This document shows, in pieces, positions 9,455-19,033 of a stretch of 64,000 bases of DNA; positions within the stretch are counted from its first letter, which is position 1, and each line of letters opens with the position of its first letter. Source of the stretch: a candidate division WOR-3 bacterium (GTDB lineage: Bacteria; Hydrothermota; Hydrothermia; LBFQ01); the NCBI GenBank assembly GCA_015492295.1, contig WGFI01000121.1, positions 2,787 through 66,786 on the forward strand. The letters run 5' to 3'. A model generated the notes under the pieces. The model was not told the origin of the DNA. It made no database searches and worked only from the letters and a program-made list of their open reading frames with translations. The translations under genes were made by a program, and so were the position numbers.

Positions 9455-10584
9455 AAAAATCCCCAGCTATATAGATAATTAAAAAATGTTTTCGCGGATG
9501 ATTTCCATGAGAACCTTTTAAAAAGTGAAGGGTATTTGGTAATTAAATTTCTTCTAAAATCATCATCCTCCAACCTGTTTAGTTTCTCTATGAGATCGTC
9601 GGTATCGTGTGGATCAACAAAGATAAAATATCCTTTATACAACTCCTTAAAAACTTCAATATCGGATACTATAACGGGTGCTCCGCATGCGGCGGCTTCC
9701 AATGGGGGTAAGCCAAAACCTTCCATAAGCGAAGGATAAACGAAGGCAAAACAATTGCTGTATAAAACCCTTAATGTTTTGTCATCAACATATCCAAGGA
9801 ATTTTACTCTATCCAGAACTTTCAATTCATTTGCTAAGGTTAAAAGCTCATTTTTGACCTTTGCAAAAGCGGTTCCCGCTGCTATGAAAACCTTATCTTT
9901 AACCTTCGTCAGGGCCTTGATTATAAGTCCTATATTTTTTCTCTTTATTATATCTCCAACATAAAGAATATATTCCCCCCTTGCTAGTCCTAGCTTATGA
10001 AGAACGCTCTCGTCATATATAGGTTTGTATATGTTGGTATCAATACCGAGATATACAACACCTATCCTATCTTCGGATAATTCATAGAATTCCATCATAT
10101 CCTTTTTAACAGCATTGGAATCCACAAAAACTTTGGCCCCTTTACCCAATATTATAGGCATTTGAAACCGATAGTAGTATCTTACTAGCAAGGGTGTTTT
10201 GAAGTCCTTAAACTTAAGATTTATTAAATCATAAACAAAAATCACTTGCTTTTCTCCGTATAACAGAGAACTCTCATAGGATGTTGAACATATATAGGTA
10301 TAACCTTTTAGGAGAAAGTTTTGCCAAAAAAATCTTCTTATATTAGCGCGGGTACCTAAGGAAGGAGCCAGGTTCAACGATATTTTCTTAAATTTTTCTT
10401 TATTTGCACCTTCTGGTATAACGGGTGATAGTATTTCATAATCTCCATCAAACAACGAAAACTCTCTTAACAAAAAATACGAAACCCTACCTATACCTCG
10501 TGGCCTGTTATCGAGAAATGGAGCCACTATACCCAATTTCAAGTTGCATATTCTAAGGTTGAAAGAAGTAAGACTATAATTCAT
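9451..10584 (-). CDS. glycosyltransferase family 1 (GT4)
   Basis: EGFGLPPLEAAACGAPVIVSD motif. Translationally coupled to the upstream GT. Confidence 0.75.
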   Translation of the reverse strand: MNYSLTSFNLRICNLKLGIVAPFLDNRPRGIGRVSYFLLREFSLFDGDYEILSPVIPEGANKEKFKKISLNLAPSLGTRANIRRFFWQNFLLKGYTYICSTSYESSLLYGEKQVIFVYDLINLKFKDFKTPLLVRYYYRFQMPIILGKGAKVFVDSNAVKKDMMEFYELSEDRIGVVYLGIDTNIYKPIYDESVLHKLGLARGEYILYVGDIIKRKNIGLIIKALTKVKDKVFIAAGTAFAKVKNELLTLANELKVLDRVKFLGYVDDKTLRVLYSNCFAFVYPSLMEGFGLPPLEAAACGAPVIVSDIEVFKELYKGYFIFVDPHDTDDLIEKLNRLEDDDFRRNLITKYPSLFKRFSWKSSAKTFFNYLYSWGFL

Positions 10585-10639
10585 AGTACTATCCTTTTAA
10601 GTATTTCTTGATAAATTGACAACCTTATAATATTTTACT

Positions 10640-12322
10640 ATGGTATGGTTTATTGTTGGCGATACCTTATTGCCCGCGTTTGAGGTTGAACCGATAGAGG
10701 TTATAGAGTACTATTCCAAGGATGATCCAATAAACGGTTTGAAAGTCTTAGGGGGAGACTTCATAAGGAGAGGACCAAAATTCGCATCCGATGTGTATTT
10801 TCACGGATTCAAATCCTCGCAGATGAGCATAGTTATTGATGGTGAAAGGTTTCCGCCTGCATGTCCAAATCGTATGGATGTTTCGTTGGTGAGGATAAAT
10901 CCCCTTGAAACCGATGAGATTATGGTAAATTCCACCCCAAATATTCAATCGGGTCTCGGAGGCGGTATATATGTTAAGAGGAGAACACCTTCACTCCGAA
11001 CCCTCATCTTAACCTACATAAAATTATCCGCCCTTTCGGAGAGATCCCTTGAATTCGCCGGAGCGTTTGAGAGGTCAAATTATGGTGTATATATCAGACA
11101 TTCTGTATCCAGTACATATCTCAACGGTGCAGGTAAGGATTTCCCAGAGCTCTACGGTTATAAGGATGATGTTAAGGAGCAGTACAAGACTTATGAATTC
11201 TCCTTTACGGGAAAGTATGGGGGTATCAAGTATCATACAGGCGTATGGTACTATAAGGATGTTCTTTTCCCTTATCTACGAATGGATGAAAGGGAGAATC
11301 TGGCGTTTTCCCTTTCAGCATCTATCAGCGGAAATAAAGTATATTTCAACTATACCAAACACAAAATGGATAACGCTCTCAGAAAATATTCAAGTTATAT
11401 GATGACGGATGCTGAGGGTATGAATTTGGGGCTTAGCGGGAGATTCTACGAGATATATTACCATAAATGGGATGCTTACAACTACATGGGATATATAAAA
11501 AGTCATATGATACCCGATATATCGCTACTCAGAGGCGTTTTGAGTTTTAAAAGAGAACTCATTAACCTGAACTTTAACATGCATTTCGGGGTGGAAACCT
11601 CCAAAAGAGGAAGTGAAAGTTGGTTCTCGGACGGTCTTAGGTTTTTCGTTCCATTCGGCGCAAGCGTATCCTACAAGAATGTAAGTATCTATACGCTATC
11701 CGAACCGCCCGATTTGAAGGAGTTATACATAGACCTCCCGAAATGGAAAGGGAATTATAGACTCAAACAACCTATGAATGCGGGTATATCCATTGATTTT
11801 ACAGGTTATCTCTTATCCCTGAACATCTTCGCCAACTATGTTTTAAACTATGTCAGAATGATCAGATATGATAATATCACCACCTACGATAATACAAATG
11901 CTTTCATAACGGGTTTATCGTTGAAGCTCACAGAAAGGTACTTTGACATAGTTGTAAATTACGATTACGCTCAGGATATTAAACATGATATTCCGCTTGC
12001 GGAAATACTGCCTTTGCGCATAACAGCGACTTTATACACGCCTTCCGTCCTCAACTTTCAGGGCTTTTTGAGGTTGAACTATGAGGATGCTCAGGTTAGG
12101 GTTGATACATCCTTAAATGAAATCCCTTCCGGATCCTGGAAGACGGTAGATTTAGGCTTAAAATTACCTTTGAAAAATATAACATTTGAAATAACGACCT
12201 TCAATCTTTTCAACACCGTATATTACCGTCATTTATCGTACATAAGGAATCCGTTTTCAAGGGGTGTTAAGGTTTATGAGCCCGGGAGAAGGGTGGAACT
12301 AACAGTTAAGGGTGGTTTCTGA
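10640..12322 (+). CDS. TonB-dependent-receptor-like outer-membrane beta-barrel protein, no recognisable signal peptide
   Basis: Plug-domain-like N-terminus (LKVLGGDFIRRGPKFASDVYFHGF...SIVIDGERF...NIQSGLGGGIYVKRR). C-terminus ends GGF (aromatic terminal residue typical of OMPs). No N-terminal hydrophobic leader. Confidence 0.5.
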   Translation: MVWFIVGDTLLPAFEVEPIEVIEYYSKDDPINGLKVLGGDFIRRGPKFASDVYFHGFKSSQMSIVIDGERFPPACPNRMDVSLVRINPLETDEIMVNSTPNIQSGLGGGIYVKRRTPSLRTLILTYIKLSALSERSLEFAGAFERSNYGVYIRHSVSSTYLNGAGKDFPELYGYKDDVKEQYKTYEFSFTGKYGGIKYHTGVWYYKDVLFPYLRMDERENLAFSLSASISGNKVYFNYTKHKMDNALRKYSSYMMTDAEGMNLGLSGRFYEIYYHKWDAYNYMGYIKSHMIPDISLLRGVLSFKRELINLNFNMHFGVETSKRGSESWFSDGLRFFVPFGASVSYKNVSIYTLSEPPDLKELYIDLPKWKGNYRLKQPMNAGISIDFTGYLLSLNIFANYVLNYVRMIRYDNITTYDNTNAFITGLSLKLTERYFDIVVNYDYAQDIKHDIPLAEILPLRITATLYTPSVLNFQGFLRLNYEDAQVRVDTSLNEIPSGSWKTVDLGLKLPLKNITFEITTFNLFNTVYYRHLSYIRNPFSRGVKVYEPGRRVELTVKGGF

Positions 12323-12438
12323 TGTAAGTATTGTGGGTTAAGTGGGCTAATTTAAACACTTAACTGTATAGCCTTTGATACAACCAGATATCCTAGGGTC
12401 ATCCCATTATAAACATCGCCCTGATAATACCTTCCGCG

Positions 12439-13569
12439 TTGGAAGAGAGCAAGCTGGTATTATCTCCTCTAATGGAAATATGCGACGATTATGAGTTAAA
12501 AGGTAATACGATTGTTTTCAATGTTAAAAATGAACTTCTAGTCCATATGATAAAGGACAGGTTCAGGAACGATATAACCAGACTTGAAAACAAAGGGATC
12601 AAGGTTGAGTTTAGATATCCAGCGAAGGAAATATATTATGAGAGTTTCAACAATTTCTTTTATGGTAAGGAAAACGAATTTACGGTTTTAGCTTTGAAGA
12701 GCCTTATAACCAACAGCGTATATTATAGGGTTGCCGTGCTATTTGGGGATTCCGGATTGGGTAAAACCCATCTTTTGAAGGCGTTGGCAAATGAATCGCT
12801 GAAGCTCAGTAAAAAACCTGTATATTTCTCGGCCCACAAGGTCTTTACGACACTTTTGGATTCTTACAGGCAGAGAAAAAAACCCGATTTTGATTTTCTC
12901 AAAGGTGCCGAGGTTATACTCATAGATGATTTGCATCTGGTATCCAATAGGTCCTTCGTATTGGATTTCATATCACGACTTATGGATAAGGTTGAAACCA
13001 CAAAGAAAGTTCTGATAATGGCTTCGCAGGGAAATATAAATTCCTTCTCCGGAAACAGATCCTTTAAAACCCGTCTTATGTCATCTTTACGGGTCTCCCT
13101 AAGTATTCCATCGGTAGGCGTTAGAAAGAGGATATTTATAAGCGCTTGCGACAGATTCGGCGTTAGTCCGAACATAAGCATAACGAACTATGTGTCGGAG
13201 AATATAACGAACCCTAGGGCCATAATCGGTGCCGCCACCCGATTTAAAGCTTACTACGATGTTTATGGTAAATATCCCGAAACCGACGAGTTTATGGAAA
13301 TTATTGAGGATCTGTGCGATGAGGAGAGTTTGGACATTTTTAAGGTCTTCGGTAAGGGGAAACCCGGCATATATGTCGCGGCGCTGTTTTTAAAGAAAAT
13401 GGGAAAATCTTCTAAGGAAATATCCGAGATGCTGGGTTGTTCAAGATCAAGCGTATATAATTACATAGAACGGGCAAAGGAGGTATTAAAGAAGGATAAA
13501 AATTTGGAAAGGAAGTTCAACGAGCTCGTTAAGGAATTTCAGTTTAGACGCTTCCCACCTTTACATTGA
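12439..13569 (+). CDS. divergent DnaA-like AAA+ ATPase with DnaA domain-IV-like HTH
   Basis: Walker A GDSGLGKTHLLKALANE. Walker B VILIDDLHLV. ASQ sensor. C-terminal EISEMLGCSRSSVYNYIERAKEV parallels DnaA domain IV (EIGxxFGGRDHTTVxHAxxKI). TTG start at 12439; an ATG alternative at 12472. Confidence 0.6.
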   Translation: MEESKLVLSPLMEICDDYELKGNTIVFNVKNELLVHMIKDRFRNDITRLENKGIKVEFRYPAKEIYYESFNNFFYGKENEFTVLALKSLITNSVYYRVAVLFGDSGLGKTHLLKALANESLKLSKKPVYFSAHKVFTTLLDSYRQRKKPDFDFLKGAEVILIDDLHLVSNRSFVLDFISRLMDKVETTKKVLIMASQGNINSFSGNRSFKTRLMSSLRVSLSIPSVGVRKRIFISACDRFGVSPNISITNYVSENITNPRAIIGAATRFKAYYDVYGKYPETDEFMEIIEDLCDEESLDIFKVFGKGKPGIYVAALFLKKMGKSSKEISEMLGCSRSSVYNYIERAKEVLKKDKNLERKFNELVKEFQFRRFPPLH

Positions 13570-14980
13570 CGAATACCGCTGGTGAGCTTCCATGTCCAGT
13601 GTGCATAGTTTGACCGGGCTCCCCCTTTCCACAATTAAGCAAACCCCAGAGCTTCCATTCCTCTTTTCCACCGACCGCAACCATGGAATTCCAAAACTCC
13701 GGAGTTATACCGTAATAAACGACATTCCGTAAGGGCTCAGCCAACTTCCCATTTCTTATTCTGTACGCCACTTCCGTGGCGAACTGGAAGTTCAACCTTC
13801 TTTGATCTATGGACCAAGATTTATTCCCATCAACGAAAACTCCATCCTTGATCTCTGAGATCAGATCATCCAAACTACCCTCTCCCGGTAAGAGATTTAT
13901 ATTGGTCATTCTTACCATAGGCATTCTGTTATAAGATGAGGCTCTCGCGGTTCCACCGCTCCTTTTCAAACCTATAGCCCAAGCGCTATCCCTTGAAGAT
14001 AGGTATCCGACCAATGTTCCCTCCTGTATCAGGGGTATCGTTTGCGCCTCAACGCCTTCATCATCCCAACCGAAGGTCCCAAGACCTCTCGGCGTTTTAG
14101 CATCGGCGACTATATTCATGAGTTTTGACCCGTATTTAAACTTACCGAGTTTGTCCAATGTGGCGAAACTCGTTCCAGCGTACGAAGCCTCATAACCTAT
14201 AACCCTATCCAGTTCCAAGGGATGACCTACGCTTTCGTGAATCTGCAAAGCCATCTGATGACTGCCGACCACCAAAGTCGTTTCCATTTCAGGTAATTTA
14301 TCGGCCTTCGCGAACATAATGGCTTCCTCCCTTATTCTCTCGGCGTTTCCAACGAAATCCATCTCATTTATTATCTCATAACCCCCTTGTAAGCTGTTTC
14401 CACCGTGCGGAGCCGGATAGGATCTCGTTTGTAGATTTCCATCGACGAAAGCCCAAGCGGTATAACCCCCTCCTACCTCGTATATGGTCTGTCTTATTCG
14501 CGTTCCCTCCGTATTTATGAATATCTTTTCCGTCTTGAAGAATATTAAATGTCCCTCCCTGAGTATTATACGAGAATCTTTTGAAAGGATCTCATCAACT
14601 TTCATAAGTAGGTTTATCTTCTCCTCAATGGGTATCTTGAAAGGATCCATTTCCATAGGCGTCTCATATACACCTTCATGCACGGGTTCCGAAAGGAAAT
14701 CCGCTGGTTTATTTATAACCCGATAAGAGCTTTCGGCGTATTTCTTGGCCTTTTCGGCGGTTCTAACAACATCGTCAATGAAGGTTGAGCTCGTGGATGC
14801 GAAACCTATGGCACCTTTCACAACGGCCCTTATGCCTATACCTTCAAGGGTATCCTCACCCAATCTTTCAACCTTTCCATTCTCAACATTCACACGCTGG
14901 ATCGTGGTTCTTACATATCTCGCTTCCCCATAATCTACTCCCTTTAATCTTTCAAGTGCAATATCAAGTATATTCTCCAT
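13544..14980 (-). CDS. tldD: TldD/PmbA family metalloprotease
   Basis: HESVGHPLE HExxxH motif. N-terminus MENILDIALERLKGVDYGEARYV typical of TldD. Confidence 0.8.
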   Translation of the reverse strand: MENILDIALERLKGVDYGEARYVRTTIQRVNVENGKVERLGEDTLEGIGIRAVVKGAIGFASTSSTFIDDVVRTAEKAKKYAESSYRVINKPADFLSEPVHEGVYETPMEMDPFKIPIEEKINLLMKVDEILSKDSRIILREGHLIFFKTEKIFINTEGTRIRQTIYEVGGGYTAWAFVDGNLQTRSYPAPHGGNSLQGGYEIINEMDFVGNAERIREEAIMFAKADKLPEMETTLVVGSHQMALQIHESVGHPLELDRVIGYEASYAGTSFATLDKLGKFKYGSKLMNIVADAKTPRGLGTFGWDDEGVEAQTIPLIQEGTLVGYLSSRDSAWAIGLKRSGGTARASSYNRMPMVRMTNINLLPGEGSLDDLISEIKDGVFVDGNKSWSIDQRRLNFQFATEVAYRIRNGKLAEPLRNVVYYGITPEFWNSMVAVGGKEEWKLWGLLNCGKGEPGQTMHTGHGSSPAVFVNVKVGSV

Positions 14981-15043
14981 GGTGCGGATATTTTAAAGAG
15001 GTTCAACTTGAAGCTTCTCTTTCATCCATAAAATACCTTCCCT

Positions 15044-17200
15044 ATGCTTTATCCCTTCTTTGAACTCTCATCCGTTGCGTTGGCATATAAGGGGAACTTT
15101 CTTTCAAATCCCGCATCCTTAGGGTATTCCAGCAAGGAACTCTCATTCATATACAACGATACATCGTACATTGGGGCCTTATCCCTTTGGAATCTGGGTT
15201 TCTACGGTGGAAAATTCGGCAAAGAGACATTTTACGGGATAGCGAGTGGAATAAATGTAAGCGATCTATTCCTTGGCTCAATATATGATGTAAGGAGTAG
15301 GAGTTATGGAATAGGGATGCTGTGGAGAGGGTACAGATTCTTGTCCGTAGGCCTTACGGTTAATCTATCAAAGGATAGCACCAAATATTCCGCGGGTATA
15401 GGTGTAAGACCGTTAAAGGAGTACATAACTCTGTATGCCGACGCTTTGGATATAACCAAGGAGAACTTTAAATGGAAGGCGGGCGCCTATATTCAACCGT
15501 TTCCTTATCTCGGAATAAGGGGAGAAATAAACAGCGATAAAACCATCTATGCGGGTTTGGAAATGGCTTACTCCAAGTTAAAGTTTGGTGCCTCTGCTGA
15601 CATAAACAAGCCCGAAAAACCCTCGTTCGGTATTATGATAACGGATAGAAGTATCACCCCAAAACTATCCATTCATGAATACTATTACTCTAAGAAGGTG
15701 TCCTCTTACACCGAGGATGGGAGGGTTGGACTTTTCGGGAAAGGAAAGAAGTTTTATGACTTTATAAGGGCATTGAAGGAGGCTTCCGAGAATCCCAGAG
15801 TGAAAACCATATTCCTGGACCTAACCAATTACGCCTTATCTTCCGCACAAGCGGATGAGGTTTTGGAAGTCCTTAAAGAAGCCAAGAAGAAGGGGAAGAA
15901 ACTGATATTCTATTCCGAGGGGTACAGCTTGGGATCCTATTACTTGGCATCCATAGGCGAGATATATATGGCTCCCGAAGGGGATTTGGCCCTTCTCGGT
16001 CCTTACGCCGAGGTGGAATTCTTTAAAGGTACATTGGATAAGCTTGGGATAAAGGTTCAGGTTTTCAGGGTGGGGAAGTACAAGTCCGCCGTTGAACCCC
16101 TGATCCAAGATACGCTTTCCGAAGCGAACAGGGAGCAGATAAGGAGGTTATTGACAACCACATGGGATGTATGGTTAAAGGAGGTTTCCAAGAATAGAAA
16201 TATACCCGTAGATTCCCTTGAGAAGATAATAAGGGAGTACGGTTATCTTTCAGGCGAGGAGGCGTTAAAGTTCGGACTGATTGATAGTTTATTGTACTAC
16301 GATCAGGTTAAGGATATGCTCAAAGGTAGAAAATACAAGGGTTCAGTTAAAGTTGATACCAGAGCCTGGAAGGATGACAAACCGAAGATAGCTTTGGTGA
16401 TAGCCGAGGGAGGGATAGTTGATGGCGAGAGTTCATTCAGCCCTATACCCATACTTGGAGGAAAGACGGTTGGAAGCGCGACGATAAGGAAGATATTTGA
16501 GGAGATACGAAAAGATAAGTCCATAAAAGGTGTGGTTTTAAGGGTAAATTCTCCCGGAGGTAGCGGCTTAGCGTCCGACATTATGGCCAGAGAGATAAAA
16601 CTGACGGATAGAAAGAAGCCCGTGGTGGTTTCAATGGGATCCGTTGCCGCATCGGGGGGTTATTACATTTCAGCTCCTGCGAGGAAGATCTTCGTTGATA
16701 AGAGGACAATAACGGGATCCATAGGGGTATTCGGATTGAAACCCGTTCTTGGAGGATTTTACTCAAAGATAGGCATAAGCAGGGAGGTGGTTAAGCTGTA
16801 TCCTCACTCTGACGCGTACTCACTTTGGAGGGAGATGGATTCAACCGAACTGAGAAGGGCTCAGGAGTTGGTTGATTATTTCTATTGGAGATTCGTGAAT
16901 CATGTCGCCAAGGGGAGGAAGTTGCCGAAGGATTCCGTGCATGCCATAGCGCAGGGTAGGGTATGGAGCGGAGTTGATGCGGTTAATATAGGATTGGCCG
17001 ATGAGTTCGGGGGTATTCTTGACGCGATTGAATATGTTAAGAAGGAGGCTAAGATCAAAGGGGATTACGAGATAGTGGTTTATCCGAAATCTAAGGGTAT
17101 CCTTGATAAGATAAAGGACATGATGAAACTGAGCAGATTTGAATTCTCGGGTGTAAAGGTTATGTACAGGTTGGAGTACGATATAAAAACCAACTTTTAG
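15044..17200 (+). CDS. sppA: signal peptide peptidase SppA (protease IV, 67K type) with ~230-aa N-terminal extension
   Basis: Two S49/ClpP-like domains (KTIFLDLTNYALSSAQ...; VLRVNSPGGSGLASD...SMGSVAASGGYYISAPA with catalytic Ser). Confidence 0.8.
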   Translation: MLYPFFELSSVALAYKGNFLSNPASLGYSSKELSFIYNDTSYIGALSLWNLGFYGGKFGKETFYGIASGINVSDLFLGSIYDVRSRSYGIGMLWRGYRFLSVGLTVNLSKDSTKYSAGIGVRPLKEYITLYADALDITKENFKWKAGAYIQPFPYLGIRGEINSDKTIYAGLEMAYSKLKFGASADINKPEKPSFGIMITDRSITPKLSIHEYYYSKKVSSYTEDGRVGLFGKGKKFYDFIRALKEASENPRVKTIFLDLTNYALSSAQADEVLEVLKEAKKKGKKLIFYSEGYSLGSYYLASIGEIYMAPEGDLALLGPYAEVEFFKGTLDKLGIKVQVFRVGKYKSAVEPLIQDTLSEANREQIRRLLTTTWDVWLKEVSKNRNIPVDSLEKIIREYGYLSGEEALKFGLIDSLLYYDQVKDMLKGRKYKGSVKVDTRAWKDDKPKIALVIAEGGIVDGESSFSPIPILGGKTVGSATIRKIFEEIRKDKSIKGVVLRVNSPGGSGLASDIMAREIKLTDRKKPVVVSMGSVAASGGYYISAPARKIFVDKRTITGSIGVFGLKPVLGGFYSKIGISREVVKLYPHSDAYSLWREMDSTELRRAQELVDYFYWRFVNHVAKGRKLPKDSVHAIAQGRVWSGVDAVNIGLADEFGGILDAIEYVKKEAKIKGDYEIVVYPKSKGILDKIKDMMKLSRFEFSGVKVMYRLEYDIKTNF

Positions 17201-17201
17201 T

Positions 17202-18062
17202 ATGAGAGATCTCAGATTTTCGGAGGAAAGGGTGGGTGATATTCGTATCTTAGGGGGACCTTACGCCTATGTTTATATAGTTGAAGATGTCTTGATAGAT
17301 ACGGGGACGGCCTATTGGGGACGCAAAATATCGGATTATATAAAAAAGGAGAATGTCCAGTTGAACCTGATTTTCCTAACGCACTCTCATTATGATCATG
17401 TCGGAGGTATCCCGTACCTGCTGAATATCGCAAACCCGGAAATATACGCTCATCCTAGGATGAGGAAGGTCCTATCAAGTGAAAGGGCTATCAAACTGAT
17501 AAACGAATTGAATTTAAAGGAGATGGAGCTTGTGGGCTTCAAAGATAGGTACGAATTTAGACCTTTTGATCTTAACGATGTTGAAGATGGATTAACCGTT
17601 GAATTGAAATCCCACAGAATAACCGCATATTACACGCCAGGACATACTAAGGATTCTATAACATATCTCATTGAACCTGAGATGATACTCATTCCAGGTG
17701 AGGCTACCGGTGTTCCCAATTATAAAAATACCTTCATACTACCTCAGTTTTTGAGCAGTTTGGATGATTATATAAAGAGTTTGCTTTTCATATCATCCTT
17801 GGAGTTTGAGGTCTTAGGGCTACCCCATGAGATGATAATAAGAGGTAGGGAAAACATAAAGGAGTATTTGAAGAATTCTTATGAAACCACGCTGTGGTAT
17901 GTTGAACTACTCAAAGAAACCATAAAGAAGTTTGAAGGAGATGTTGAAAGAGTTAAAGAAGAGATGATTGATAAGGTCTATAAGAAGTTTGAACTGAAAC
18001 AGCCCCTACACGCTTTCTTCGCGAATCTCCTCGCGCAAATAAACCTCCTCCAAAGGGAATGA
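17202..18062 (+). CDS. MBL-fold metallo-hydrolase
   Basis: LTHSHYDHVGG metallo-beta-lactamase motif. Confidence 0.75.
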   Translation: MRDLRFSEERVGDIRILGGPYAYVYIVEDVLIDTGTAYWGRKISDYIKKENVQLNLIFLTHSHYDHVGGIPYLLNIANPEIYAHPRMRKVLSSERAIKLINELNLKEMELVGFKDRYEFRPFDLNDVEDGLTVELKSHRITAYYTPGHTKDSITYLIEPEMILIPGEATGVPNYKNTFILPQFLSSLDDYIKSLLFISSLEFEVLGLPHEMIIRGRENIKEYLKNSYETTLWYVELLKETIKKFEGDVERVKEEMIDKVYKKFELKQPLHAFFANLLAQINLLQRE

Positions 18063-19027
18063 AGAAGGTTCTCATAACCGGCGCGAGTGGATTCATAGGT
18101 TCTCACACGGTTGAGAGTTGTTTGGAAGAAGGCTACGATGTTAGGGTATTTTTGAGGTATAACTCAACGGGATACATAGGGAACCTGAGGTTCCTTGATA
18201 AGGAGAAGCTCAAAAGCATAGAGATCTTTTGGGGTGATATCAGGGATTATACATCGGTTTTAAGAGCGACTAAGGGGGTTGATTATGTCATTCATTTGGC
18301 AGCCCAAATATCCGTCCCTTATTCCTTTCAGAATCCCATAGATTTCGCGATGAACAATGTTGTGGGTACGGCGAATATACTCAGAGCATCGTTGGAATGC
18401 GGAGTTTTAAAGTTCATACATGCCTCAACGAGCGAAATATTCGGAGGTTCAGATAAAAAGCTGGATGAGAGTTTTCCGAGATTGCCGAAATCCCCTTATG
18501 CCGCATCAAAGGTGGGTGCGGATGCGATGGTTAAAAGTTTTTATTTTACCTATGGCTTGAACACTTTGATAATAAGACCGTTTAACACCTTCGGTCCAAG
18601 ACAATCAATAAGGGCCCTAATACCCTGGATAATATATCAGGCCACGAACTCGGATACCATAAGACTTGGAAATATAACCCCCAAGAGGGATTTTACCTAT
18701 GTTAAAGATACGGTTAAGGCCTTCATTCTAGCTTTAAACAAGGATACGAGTGGGGGAGATGAGATAAACATAGGGAACGGTGTGAGTTTTTCGGTTGGTG
18801 AAATAGTTGAAATCGTCGGTAAGGTGCTTTCTAAGAAGCTGAGAATCGTTCAAGATCCCACGCTTTTAAGAAATGAGAGGGTTGAGGTGTATAACCTTAT
18901 AGCGGATAACAGCAAAGCCAAGCGTATCTTAGGATGGAAACCTACTTGGAGACTTGAAGATGGGATAATGAAAACCTACGAATATGTTAAGAACCTTCGC
19001 TATACTTTCCCAGGGGGTTGGGTGTGA
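18059..19027 (+). CDS. NAD-dependent epimerase/dehydratase (SDR, nucleotide-sugar modifying)
   Basis: MKKVLITGASGFIGSH Rossmann motif. YAASK catalytic motif. Confidence 0.8.
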   Translation: MKKVLITGASGFIGSHTVESCLEEGYDVRVFLRYNSTGYIGNLRFLDKEKLKSIEIFWGDIRDYTSVLRATKGVDYVIHLAAQISVPYSFQNPIDFAMNNVVGTANILRASLECGVLKFIHASTSEIFGGSDKKLDESFPRLPKSPYAASKVGADAMVKSFYFTYGLNTLIIRPFNTFGPRQSIRALIPWIIYQATNSDTIRLGNITPKRDFTYVKDTVKAFILALNKDTSGGDEINIGNGVSFSVGEIVEIVGKVLSKKLRIVQDPTLLRNERVEVYNLIADNSKAKRILGWKPTWRLEDGIMKTYEYVKNLRYTFPGGWV

Positions 19028-19033
19028 GGAATT

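Noticed and set aside
10612-10645. Sigma70-like promoter TTGACA / TATAAT upstream of the TBDR-like gene
   Set aside because: TTGACA (10616-21) and TATAAT (10626-31) are only 4 nt apart. The only 17-nt-spaced -10 candidate overlaps the start codon, so this is too speculative to list as a feature.
12334-12350. Third occurrence of the 8-mer AGTGGGCT (also in both repeat copies) and DnaA-box-like 9-mers upstream of the DnaA-like gene
   Set aside because: An 8-mer is expected about twice by chance in 64 kb on both strands. The candidate DnaA boxes have two mismatches each to TTATCCACA, so they are not convincing.
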